Sequence record: SRR31156797_3935
Strand: one strand, 5' to 3'
DNA length: 36,861 bases
The first letter of the stretch is position 1. Every line of letters starts with the position of its first letter. Positions 1-8,674 of the stretch are shown here, in pieces. The position numbers and the translations under genes are program-made. Below the pieces are notes generated by a model. That model did not search any database. It had not been told where the DNA came from and saw only the letters and a program-made list of their open reading frames with translations.

Positions 1-440
1 AGCTTGACAAGCTCGCCTGCATCATCATCAGCTGTTGGGACATACTTCTCTGCGAAGAGTCCTAGGAGTGGGAATGTAGTGTTGGTGGTTGAGTCGGTGT
101 TACCGTCTTCACCTGCAAAGTCGTCCTGTGCATAGTCTGCCTGGACAATTGTTGCATTGTATGTAAGACCATCTTCTGGAATGGCTTCGCCGCTTGCTAC
201 ACCATCTACGATTGTGAGAGTCTCACTTGAAAGGTCGTCGTCTAAGTCATACCAGAAACCTGCAAAGTTTGTGGTGTTAATTACAATGTCTCCGCTCTCT
301 GCGGTGAAGATAGCTTCAAAGTTTGAACCATTGAAGACTTCACTGCGCACTTCAACCACATCTGCAATAGCAGATGCAGGAGCAACAAATGTTGCAATTG
401 CTAAGAGAGCAATTAATGCGATTGTTGTAAATCTTTTCAT
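1..440 (-). CDS. S-layer protein (Methanosarcinales DUF1608/S-layer domain family), 5' part; runs off the window edge
   Basis: Not in the ORF track; translated by hand from ATG at 440: MKRFTTIALIALLAIATFVAPASA (signal peptide) IADVVEVRSEVFNG...NFAGFWYDLDDDLSSETL...LLGLFAEKYV. VEVRSxV, FAGFWYDLD and GLFAEKY are typical of Methanosarcinales S-layer proteins. A GGAGG SD lies just upstream. Confidence 0.9.
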   Translation of the reverse strand, partial: MKRFTTIALIALLAIATFVAPASAIADVVEVRSEVFNGSNFEAIFTAESGDIVINTTNFAGFWYDLDDDLSSETLTIVDGVASGEAIPEDGLTYNATIVQADYAQDDFAGEDGNTDSTTNTTFPLLGLFAEKYVPTADDDAGELVK

Positions 441-830
441 TATTTTCCTCCGAAATTTAGTCAAATTATAAGAGTGAGAATCAGATAAATAAAGCGAATT
501 TCACTTTATTTGCTTCTGACATTGGGACAAGTATCAAAAATATTCGTCCATTGCCGAAGGAGAATTCATCACCCTCCTAATCCCGTCATATTGGATTACA
601 AGTGTTCTATTAATCAATTGCCGTATTAAATCTTTTGTGGTCCAATATGAAACAAATATCGCATTGCAATGGCAAACATCGATGCAATTGACGGTAAATG
701 TCGAAGTTATTAAAGAAAAAGCAGACAAACACAGAAATAAGGTTTATAGATTGTCGATACAATTATACTACGAGAACAACTAATATCGATGCCATTGCAA
801 TGGGAATAATTCAACATATTTATATATATG
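441..830 (-). promoter_or_regulatory. S-layer promoter and probable long structured 5' leader
   Basis: TATA-like run TATTTATATATATG at about 817-830; inverted repeats at 662-674/790-802, 586-601/635-650, 558-578 and 481-519. Confidence 0.45.
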
Positions 831-936
831 ATAACATAAAATGGACATGAAAGAAAAGTCTAAAATTCTATAGAAATTATTAATACGCTTTATCAGGATA
901 GTATAATATATCTCAATCAAGGAGTGAAATAATAAG

Positions 937-1716
937 ATGTTTGATGGTGCAGTTTCTGAAGAAATATCAATGGACGATGAAGCAAACCGTGTCAAAACCG
1001 GAATACCCGGCTTTGATGAATTATGTGGCGGAGGGCTTATCAGGGACAGAACATACCTCATATCCGGCACATCTGGTGCAGGTAAGACAAATTTTTCCAT
1101 CCAGTTTATCTATAACGGAATCACAAAATACGGGGAAAACGGCATAATCGTTGCCACTGAAGAAAGACCTGAGCAAATAAGAGAGAATGTCCTTAAATTC
1201 GGATGGGACCTGCAGGAGCTTGAAGATGAGAACAAGCTGGTTATAATAGATGCATGCTCCACAAAAATTGGAATCCCATCCCAGGAAAAATACGTCGATG
1301 TACGCCCTTTTGATATCAGGTCAATGATGGACCAGATAATTGCCACTCAGGAAGAGATCAATGCAAAGCGCGCACTAATTGACTCAACAACATCAGTAAG
1401 TTTCTATCTTCAGGACCCTGCAAAAATAAGAATAGAACTCCTGAAACTCAGTACAACACTTGAAGTGATAGGCCTAACATCTATGATGACATGTGAGCTT
1501 ATTGACGAAACAAAACCATCAAGATTTGGTGTTGAGAACTTCGTCACAGATGGTACTATCGTACTATATTATAAGCGCCATGAGAACGTAAGGATGAGAA
1601 GTATGGAAATATACAAAATGAGAGGATCGGACCACAGTAAAAAGATCCACCCCTACGACATAACCCCTGGCGGATTTGTCATTCACCCACACGAAGAAGT
1701 ATATTCCATGTTCTAG
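937..1716 (+). CDS. KaiC/RAD55-family RecA-like ATPase, single domain
   Basis: RVKTGIPGFD start, Walker A GTSGAGKT, TEE catalytic pair, Walker B ALIDS, C-terminal KMRGS finger; GGAGTG SD upstream. Alternative start at 970. Confidence 0.9.
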   Translation: MFDGAVSEEISMDDEANRVKTGIPGFDELCGGGLIRDRTYLISGTSGAGKTNFSIQFIYNGITKYGENGIIVATEERPEQIRENVLKFGWDLQELEDENKLVIIDACSTKIGIPSQEKYVDVRPFDIRSMMDQIIATQEEINAKRALIDSTTSVSFYLQDPAKIRIELLKLSTTLEVIGLTSMMTCELIDETKPSRFGVENFVTDGTIVLYYKRHENVRMRSMEIYKMRGSDHSKKIHPYDITPGGFVIHPHEEVYSMF

Positions 1717-1733
1717 AAAGAAAACTAAATATC

Positions 1734-1810
1734 AGGATATGATTCCTCATGGCCGCATTCAACACACTTGTAAACGATTAGTTCCCGGCCATATTGATCA
1801 TGTCTTTTTA
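1734..1810 (+). terminator. Stem-loop followed by a T-run between the two KaiC-like genes
   Basis: AGGATATGAT (1734-1743) pairs with ATCATGTCTT (1797-1806) using two G-U pairs; ATGGCCG (1749-1755) pairs with CGGCCAT (1786-1792); T-run at the 3' base. Confidence 0.4.
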
Positions 1811-1964
1811 TAGCAGGGTATCTCCAGCGATTCATTTTTCCTTCACATATAGGACATCTATAGTTCATCAAATTCACCAACAGTTAATTATATAAAAGTA
1901 TATATTAAATTAACGAATAGAATAATATCTGACCAATCGAATCAAATTCACAAAAGAAGATAGA

Positions 1965-3344
1965 ATGGACCAGCTCAAAAATGTTTCATGTGGCATCAAG
2001 GGACTCGATGAGATACTTGGTGGAATGATATCCCCATCTACAATCCTGGTGGCAGGAACCACCGGTGTTGGCAAGACAATAATGTCACTCCAGATGCTTT
2101 CAAATGCCTGCAAGAAGGGAGAAAAGGCACTTTACATACCAATTACAACAGAAAGTCCCGAAAAATTAAAGCTTTACACATCAACTCTTGACTTTTTTGA
2201 TGACTCCTTTGAAGTGCACCCTATAAACAGGCAACTTGCAGAAAAAGATCCGTTGACAACCCTGATTGAGATGGGAAATATAATAGAATCAATCAAACCT
2301 GACAGGCTTGTAATTGATCCAATCACACCCCTTGGGTTCGGATTTATTGAGCAGGAAAAAAGAAGATTCTTCTATACACTGGATTCTATGCTGCAGGAAA
2401 GAAAAATGCTTTCGTTCCTTGTAGGTGAACTCTTAAAGCCCGAGATACACAACTCCGTGGTAAGTCACCTATCTGATGGAATCATCTACCTGACAAGGGA
2501 AGACCAGACCTTAAGGGCAGACCATCATATGGAATTTATTAAAATGAGAGGAATCGACCCGGGAAAACGTTCAGAGATTACCACCCATAAATACCTGTAC
2601 GATATTAGTTCCAAAGGTTTTACCGTATACCCATACCTGAGACCTGAAAATGAAATGAAACTGATGGATACAAAAGTAGAGACCGGCATCCCCGGACTTG
2701 ATAACATGTTTGATGGCGGACTCTTTAAGTACAATACCCTGTTGGTAGCAGGAATACCTGGTACCGGAAAAAAAATATTTGGAATGCAATTCATACTACA
2801 TGGACTGGAAAACAATGAACCAGGATTGGTTATTACATTTGAAGATACGCCTGACCAGATAATACTTGATGCAAACCGCATGGGATTGGACCTTCAGAAA
2901 TACATCGATAACGGTCAATTATATTTTATTTGCAACAACCCAAGCGAAATATATCCAGCTGAACACGCATCCAGAATAAAGGATATCGTCGAAAAGAACA
3001 ACATCGAAAGAGTCTTCTTTGATGGGACAAATCATCTTGAACTTTCAATGCCTGACAGCCTTGAACTCCGAGGATACTTGCATTCAATGACAAGTTACCT
3101 TAAAAGCCGTAATATCACATCCCTTTTTACCAAAGATACAGTTGTTGCATCAGATTGCCCATCCAATATAAAAATAGAGGCAGCATCCATCATGGATTCC
3201 GTACTAATTTTACACAATTCCAAGGCAAGAGACAGGCGATACATGTGTGTCACAAAGTCAAGAGGCACAAAGCACAAACGCACTGTAAAGGAATACGCCA
3301 TTACAGAAAGCGGAATTAAACTCAGGACTGACACCCTGATATAA
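1965..3344 (+). CDS. KaiC-like ATPase with two tandem RecA domains
   Basis: Domain 1 has GTTGVGKT, LVIDP and KMRG; domain 2 has VETGIPGLD, GIPGTGKK and KSRG. TATA-like TTATATAAA at about 1888-1896. Confidence 0.88.
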   Translation: MDQLKNVSCGIKGLDEILGGMISPSTILVAGTTGVGKTIMSLQMLSNACKKGEKALYIPITTESPEKLKLYTSTLDFFDDSFEVHPINRQLAEKDPLTTLIEMGNIIESIKPDRLVIDPITPLGFGFIEQEKRRFFYTLDSMLQERKMLSFLVGELLKPEIHNSVVSHLSDGIIYLTREDQTLRADHHMEFIKMRGIDPGKRSEITTHKYLYDISSKGFTVYPYLRPENEMKLMDTKVETGIPGLDNMFDGGLFKYNTLLVAGIPGTGKKIFGMQFILHGLENNEPGLVITFEDTPDQIILDANRMGLDLQKYIDNGQLYFICNNPSEIYPAEHASRIKDIVEKNNIERVFFDGTNHLELSMPDSLELRGYLHSMTSYLKSRNITSLFTKDTVVASDCPSNIKIEAASIMDSVLILHNSKARDRRYMCVTKSRGTKHKRTVKEYAITESGIKLRTDTLI

Positions 3345-3362
3345 AAATAAAAAGGGATATAA

Positions 3363-3602
3363 TCAAATGCTCTGGACCTTGCGCTCCAGGGCTTCACCGA
3401 GTTCTGTCAGCTTATAAAATTCATTTTCTTTTGTAATCAGGTCCTTTTCAACAAGCTCTTCTACAATCTTGTTAACAGAAGGCCGGGCAATATGCATGTT
3501 CTTTGCAAGCTTAGTAGCATCCAGCTGGTGCCTGGAGCCTAACAGAGCAAGCAATTTCTGACGATTCTTATTGCCGGTCACAAATCCCATTAATTCTTCC
3601 AT
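3363..3602 (-). CDS. Small winged-helix (ArsR/MarR-like) DNA-binding protein
   Basis: Start moved to ATG 3602 behind a GGAGG SD; 79 aa MEELMGFVTGNKNRQKLLALL...ARPSVNKIVEELVEKDLI...YKLTELG fits a wHTH pattern. Confidence 0.8.
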   Translation of the reverse strand: MEELMGFVTGNKNRQKLLALLGSRHQLDATKLAKNMHIARPSVNKIVEELVEKDLITKENEFYKLTELGEALERKVQSI

Positions 3603-3734
3603 ATTCTGCCTCCTATTTGTTATTAGATTGCATGATATAATTAGTTTTACATGTTTCGCAGCATAAAGATAAATGGGCACTTGTCAAACAACTGCGCAAA
3701 GGATACTTTTATAACCAGTAATGCATATGTAAGG

Positions 3735-4051
3735 GTGGCAGGCTAGTCCGGGTAGGCCGGCGTTACCTGTAACCCGATATCGCCGATATGCGGGGGACGA
3801 AGCCTGGAGAAGATGTTTGGACCATTTTCAAACCTGTGATTTCAACTGCGAAGCCCCGTCCTGCTTGGATGACGTTGGCATAAGTGCTTGCTGGAAAACT
3901 TGTTCTTATACCTTAACTGTGGGAACCAGCCCAGGCCCGGAAGGGAGCAGGCCTACCATAGACAATCGTCGCTTGGAGGGTTGCGGGGTGGAGGCGAGAT
4001 TGCAGACCACCTGGAAATGGAAAAAATAGCAACTCTGGGCGTGCCTGTCAC
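3735..4051 (+). ncRNA. ffs: Archaeal signal recognition particle RNA (7S/SRP RNA)
   Basis: Ends pair (GTGGCAGGC/GCCTGTCAC, helix 1); Alu-domain TGTAACCC; helix 8 signature CCAGGCCCGGAAGGGAGCAGG; about 317 nt; TATA box TTTTATAA at 3707-3714. Confidence 0.93.
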
Positions 4052-4107
4052 TTAATTCAGGAAAACGTTAAATACCAGAATTACGTTTAGGAACGGGCGT
4101 TAAAAGT

Positions 4108-4192
4108 GACGAGATAGCCAAGCCCGGTATGGCGCAGGATTGCTAATCCTGTGGTGCTATGCGCCTCGGGGGTTCGAATCCCCCTCTCGTCG
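4108..4192 (+). tRNA. tRNA-Ser (anticodon GCT), no intron, CCA not encoded
   Basis: Acceptor stem GACGAGA/TCTCGTC with discriminator G; anticodon arm CAGGA-TTGCTAA-TCCTG; long variable arm; T-loop GGTTCGAATCC. Confidence 0.96.
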
Positions 4193-4300
4193 TGCTAATT
4201 TTACATTTTAGTAGTTAATACTTAACGCTTACAATTCAACAATTGCAAAGCAATAGTTTCAGCAAAGAAGCTAAAAGCAATAAGAAACAGATGTAAGATT

Positions 4301-4534
4301 ATGTCCGAAAAACCAACAATACCACTAATCAATAAGGAACCTCAAACCCAGGACAGCGGAAATGCCTGTTCATCATGCGAAAGCAAAGGAGGATGCTGTG
4401 GTGGTTTTGGAATTACAGCAGGTTCTGAAAAAGATGTTGTGTTCAGGAACATATTCCTTTACGTATCAATGGGTGTTATAATTTTCACTTTTGCATATAT
4501 TATAACCAGACTGATGGCATGGATTAACGGATGA
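4301..4534 (+). CDS. Small Cys-rich single-pass membrane protein, unknown function
   Basis: 77-aa ORF filling the gap before rnp4; CSSCESKGGCCGG cluster followed by a hydrophobic helix. Confidence 0.7.
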   Translation: MSEKPTIPLINKEPQTQDSGNACSSCESKGGCCGGFGITAGSEKDVVFRNIFLYVSMGVIIFTFAYIITRLMAWING

Positions 4535-4864
4535 TTATTCATTTTTCTTAGGGTGGCTGAAAGGATATCTTTTAATCGCACCGCAATCCAGGCAAGTCAT
4601 AAGCACATAGCCATCTTTAAGGCGGGTTCTTGAATTATTCCCCTGGACAAGAAGAGAACCGCATTTCCTGCAAAAATTACGTTTCAGCCCAGCAGGAATA
4701 CTTACCCTGTGCCTCATTCCTATTTTTCTTGCAAGTGAAACATAACGTTTACTCCTTTCAGGATCCTTTGGCATTTCATTCCCTGCAAGCTCAAAAAGAT
4801 ATTCTATACGCTCCTGGGCAATGGTTCTGGCTATCGCTTTATTCTTCTTTCTGGATTTTGCCAT
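4535..4864 (-). CDS. rnp4: Ribonuclease P protein component 4 (Rpp21)
   Basis: IAQERIEYLF...RYVSLARKI...KRNFCRKC...TCLDCGAIKRYP zinc-ribbon pattern; ATG at 4864. Confidence 0.93.
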   Translation of the reverse strand: MAKSRKKNKAIARTIAQERIEYLFELAGNEMPKDPERSKRYVSLARKIGMRHRVSIPAGLKRNFCRKCGSLLVQGNNSRTRLKDGYVLMTCLDCGAIKRYPFSHPKKNE

Positions 4865-4884
4865 ACTCTGCACCTAAAAAAATG

Positions 4885-5535
4885 TTATAGAATTATTACT
4901 TCAGTTGAAGGAGATTTATCTTTGACCAGTTGCCTGAACTTTTCAGGACTTGTGTCTGTGTCTGGTTCATAACCCATTGGAATTACATGAGCAGCAGACA
5001 ATAGAGCAACTGCATCTGCTGCCTGCTCTTCATCCATTGCACCATTACCCCCTATTGGTAAAAGTGCAAGATCAGGCGAAACAGAACCCAGTTCTGCCAG
5101 CATGCAAGTATGGCCTGCATGATAAATTTTCAGACCGGCAAATTCCAGGAAATATCCAACACCTTCGCCTAGTGAAGTAGTGTTTTCACAGGAGATGTAC
5201 GTAGGAAGGATTTCTATATCCACACCTTTGATACTAAGCTCACCTGTGAGAGAATCACCTTCCATGATCCTCCTTGCATCTCCCCTGAATTGCAGACTCA
5301 TATTTTCAGGAATAAGAGTTGTACAATCAGATTTGCGCACCTTCCGGATAGAATCCGGATCACAGTGACCAAAGTGTTCATGAGTAATCATAAGCAAGTC
5401 TGCCATTTCCTCATCAGGAACATTTCCCTGCACGTTAACAGGATCAATATAAAGAAGCATATCCTCACCCTTTATCATAAATCCTGCACTTCCAAGCCAT
5501 TTAATGGAAACATTATCTATTGTTATACTGTCCAA
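4885..5535 (-). CDS. MBL-fold metallo-hydrolase-like protein with degenerate metal ligands
   Basis: IKWLGSAGF, YIDP, ITHEHFGH, IYHAGHT, LLPIGG...MD and VIPMGY follow the UlaG/UPF0173-type scaffold; TTG start. Confidence 0.85.
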   Translation of the reverse strand: MDSITIDNVSIKWLGSAGFMIKGEDMLLYIDPVNVQGNVPDEEMADLLMITHEHFGHCDPDSIRKVRKSDCTTLIPENMSLQFRGDARRIMEGDSLTGELSIKGVDIEILPTYISCENTTSLGEGVGYFLEFAGLKIYHAGHTCMLAELGSVSPDLALLPIGGNGAMDEEQAADAVALLSAAHVIPMGYEPDTDTSPEKFRQLVKDKSPSTEVIIL

Positions 5536-5701
5536 GATACCACATTCCTGATATGTTGAGAGTACAGATTGATACCATATCTAATTTGCTGATGAAAAAT
5601 CCAGGGAAACTTCAAACATGTTACAGGTTTAGTAAAGGTAGCAGATACATACATAAAAAAGAAAAGAAATAGGCGTATAAAGAAAAGCAGATGAGAAGAA
5701 C

Positions 5702-7099
5702 ATGAAAACAAAAAAAATCAATATACTTTGCTCAGCTGCAGACCCTGCAAGCCAGAATATTATGAAGCATCTACTTCAGATAGGACAATGGGATAAAGTT
5801 GATACGTTGCCGACTGAATGGGAAGGCTTGTTGTCTGCGTACGAGGGACCCCGCCACAGGATTATAGAGATTAAAGGTCATCACATATACGAAGATAGAA
5901 TTGATGAAAAAATGAATTCAGGTGGCTTTGAGACTGACATTATAATAGTAGCCTCCAAACATAAAAGCAATGATGGGAGATCAGTGCTTACCGCACATTT
6001 CACAGGAAATCCCAATACTGCAGATTTTGGAGGACGTCAGAGAGAGTTATCCATACCTGCCCCAGGAATGTTGCGTTCCATCTTAAAGAACATGGAAAAT
6101 ATGGCAAGGGACACAAATTATGCCATTAATATGGAATCCACACACCATGGACCTACAGACATGAAAACACCCATGGTTTATGCAGAGATAGGCAGCGGTG
6201 AAGAACAGTGGGAAGATCCGGTTGCAGGCGAAGTTGTAGCAAGGGCCATACTTGATGCTAAAAATTTAGAGATGCCAGTGGCCGTTGGCTTTGGAGGCGG
6301 ACATTATGCGGCAAGGCAAACTGAAATTATACTAAGCTCAGAGATTACTTTTGGACATAATTTCCCTGATTACCAATTAAGTTCTGTTGACAAGGAAATG
6401 ATGATACAGGCAATTGACAAATCAAAAGCAGATTTTGTTTACTTTGACAGGAAATCCATGAGTTCAAAAGAAAGGGAAAGATTATCAGGAATATCTGAAG
6501 AACTTGGATACGTGCAACTAAGGGAAAGCGAAATCAAAGAAATCAGCAAAATACCCTGGACCTATTTCCTTAAAATCAAAAATACATGTGAAGAGCTTGT
6601 CCCAGAAGGAAGATTCTGGATCACAAAAAAATTTCGATCAGAATTAGCCACTGAATATAGTGATGAACAATATTCTGAGCCCTTGAAAACATGCACGTTG
6701 AATAATGAACTGTTAAAGGAAAGCATTAAAGCCGACAAAGCAAAGACAGTAGCTGCACTGGAACAACATGCGCCCGTTTACATAGAGAGGAAGAACGGAA
6801 CGCTGTCAAATTATGTAATTGGCAGGGGAAAAGAAGCTAAAACTGCTATGCAGAACGTCACAAATGAATGCATTAAAATACTAAAAGAGCATTATGAAAT
6901 TAAATATATTCCTGATGAGAATATACTTTACATAATAAGTAAAATATTCGATCCAGCGGCAGCGAAGGAATTAGGCATCCTGCCAGGTCCGTTGCTAGGA
7001 GAGCTGGCAAGGGGAAACCCGATTGTTGTCGAAGGAAAGACAATTGAACCAGAAATGGTCCACAAAAGAAAAGTCAAGAAAATCTTACTATCCAATTAG
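5702..7099 (+). CDS. dtdA: D-aminoacyl-tRNA deacylase (archaeal DTD2) with a C-terminal extension
   Basis: SKHKS, LTAHFTGN, ESTHHGP, AEIGS and GFGGGHYA motifs; typical position upstream of ftsZ. Confidence 0.9.
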   Translation: MKTKKINILCSAADPASQNIMKHLLQIGQWDKVDTLPTEWEGLLSAYEGPRHRIIEIKGHHIYEDRIDEKMNSGGFETDIIIVASKHKSNDGRSVLTAHFTGNPNTADFGGRQRELSIPAPGMLRSILKNMENMARDTNYAINMESTHHGPTDMKTPMVYAEIGSGEEQWEDPVAGEVVARAILDAKNLEMPVAVGFGGGHYAARQTEIILSSEITFGHNFPDYQLSSVDKEMMIQAIDKSKADFVYFDRKSMSSKERERLSGISEELGYVQLRESEIKEISKIPWTYFLKIKNTCEELVPEGRFWITKKFRSELATEYSDEQYSEPLKTCTLNNELLKESIKADKAKTVAALEQHAPVYIERKNGTLSNYVIGRGKEAKTAMQNVTNECIKILKEHYEIKYIPDENILYIISKIFDPAAAKELGILPGPLLGELARGNPIVVEGKTIEPEMVHKRKVKKILLSN

Positions 7100-7152
7100 A
7101 TAATAATCATACCTGTAATCCATATACGATTTTCATTTGAGGGAGAAAAAGA

Positions 7153-8265
7153 ATGAGATCCATAGTAGAAGAGGCACTTGCAAGGTCTGAACAGGAGACA
7201 CGTCTTCGTGGCCAGGCCGCACAAAATCCGGAGCACAAAGACATAAATGCAGAGCTTGAAGAGATGCTGCGCCAGTTACAGACCAACATCAAAGTGATTG
7301 GTTGTGGCGGTGGCGGTTCTAACAGTACACAGAGAATGGTCGATGAAGGAATTAAAGGCGCAGAATTTATTGCTATTAATACAGATGCACAGCACCTTCT
7401 GGACATCAAAGCAGACCAGAAAATACTCATAGGAAAGAAGAAGACAAGGGGCCTGGGTGCCGGAAGTCTTCCGCAGATAGGAGAAGATGCTGCCCTTGAG
7501 AGTGTTGACGAGATTGCTGAAGTAGTAAATGGTAGCGATATGGTCTTTATCACCTGTGGCCTTGGAGGAGGAACCGGAACAGGATCTGCACCTATTGTTG
7601 CTGAAGCTGCAAGGGATGCAGGAGCACTTACTATTGCCGTAGTTACATTACCATTTAGTGTCGAAGGACAGGTCAGAAGAACAAATGCGGAAGCAGGTCT
7701 TGAAAGACTTAGAGAAGTTGCAGATACTGTTATTGTAGTACCAAATGACAAGCTTCTGGAAGTAGTCCCAAGACTTCCATTGCAGGCTGCATTTAAAGTC
7801 TCCGACGAAGTTCTTATGAGAGCGGTTAAAGGAATAACCGAACTTATCACAAAGCCTGGACTTGTAAACCTTGACTTTGCCGATGTCAGGACAGTTATGC
7901 AGAACGGTGGCGTAGCAATGATCGGTCTTGGAGAAGCAGAAGGAGAGCAAAAAGCTGTAGAATCCGTACAGAAGGCACTTCGCAGCCCACTTCTTGACGT
8001 GGATATTTCCGGAGCAACATCCGCACTGGTAAACGTCATTGGAGGACCGGACATGACAATTGCAGAGGCAGAGAGTGTTGTACAAGAAGTATACAGCAGA
8101 ATCGATGCGGAAGCAAGGCTCATATGGGGAGCACAGGTCAACGATGAACTTGAACACACCGTACGTACGATGATCGTAGTAACTGGAGTCAAGTCTCCAC
8201 AAATATACGGACATGGTGGAGCTAAAACCGTTACACGAAAATACGGAATCGATTTCGTTAAATAG
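7153..8265 (+). CDS. ftsZ: Cell division protein FtsZ (FtsZ1 type)
   Basis: [29 protein letters not shown] and C-terminal GIDFV. Confidence 0.98.
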   Translation: MRSIVEEALARSEQETRLRGQAAQNPEHKDINAELEEMLRQLQTNIKVIGCGGGGSNSTQRMVDEGIKGAEFIAINTDAQHLLDIKADQKILIGKKKTRGLGAGSLPQIGEDAALESVDEIAEVVNGSDMVFITCGLGGGTGTGSAPIVAEAARDAGALTIAVVTLPFSVEGQVRRTNAEAGLERLREVADTVIVVPNDKLLEVVPRLPLQAAFKVSDEVLMRAVKGITELITKPGLVNLDFADVRTVMQNGGVAMIGLGEAEGEQKAVESVQKALRSPLLDVDISGATSALVNVIGGPDMTIAEAESVVQEVYSRIDAEARLIWGAQVNDELEHTVRTMIVVTGVKSPQIYGHGGAKTVTRKYGIDFVK

Positions 8266-8290
8266 AATTTATCCCTTTTTTAACTATGAA

Positions 8291-8331
8291 ACCTTGGATT
8301 GGATTGCATTTGTGCCATCCAATCGAAAGGT
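8291..8331 (+). terminator. Hairpin downstream of ftsZ (terminator or processing element)
   Basis: ACCTT-G-GATTGGAT...ATCCAATC-GA-AAGGT inverted repeat with T-rich tracts on both sides. Confidence 0.4.
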
Positions 8332-8459
8332 ATTTTATTAAAGACGTTGTTTTGAAGGCTCTACAGATTAGTGGATATAAAAATCTACCAAATTTGGGCA
8401 AATTACGACTTCAAAAATACGCATGCAATATAATCAATCATAACCGGTTGTGAAATACT

Positions 8460-8672
8460 TTGGCTGAAGATTCATTTGATCTAAGTAAAATTAATAGCGA
8501 TAGCATAAACCGATCCCTTAAGACATATCTGAGGGTACTCAAGCTTACAAAGAAACCATCCAGAGAAGAATTCCTGACCATAGCCAAGGTTGCAGGCCTT
8601 GGAATTCTTGCTATTGGAGTTGTAGGATTCCTTATATATGTCCTATTGGTAGAGATGCCGAAATGGGTGTAA
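8460..8672 (+). CDS. secE: Protein translocase subunit SecE (Sec61 gamma)
   Basis: YLRVLKLTKKPSREEF...GILAIGVVGFLIY; TTG start; ftsZ-secE-spt5 synteny. Confidence 0.95.
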   Translation: MAEDSFDLSKINSDSINRSLKTYLRVLKLTKKPSREEFLTIAKVAGLGILAIGVVGFLIYVLLVEMPKWV

Positions 8673-8674
8673 TC

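Noticed and set aside
157..471. 104-aa plus-strand ORF
   Set aside because: Antisense shadow of the S-layer gene, which has the SD, signal peptide and family motifs.
1965..3344. Circadian clock KaiC
   Set aside because: No kaiA or kaiB nearby, the second Walker A is degenerate and the cyanobacterial ST phosphosite pair is not evident.
3817..4029. 70-aa ORF
   Set aside because: Lies entirely within the SRP RNA gene.
7107..8192. 361-aa antisense ORF over ftsZ, and similar ones over smc, rpl1, ubiB and mre11
   Set aside because: Mirror frames of conserved genes with no recognisable motifs; expected from codon bias.
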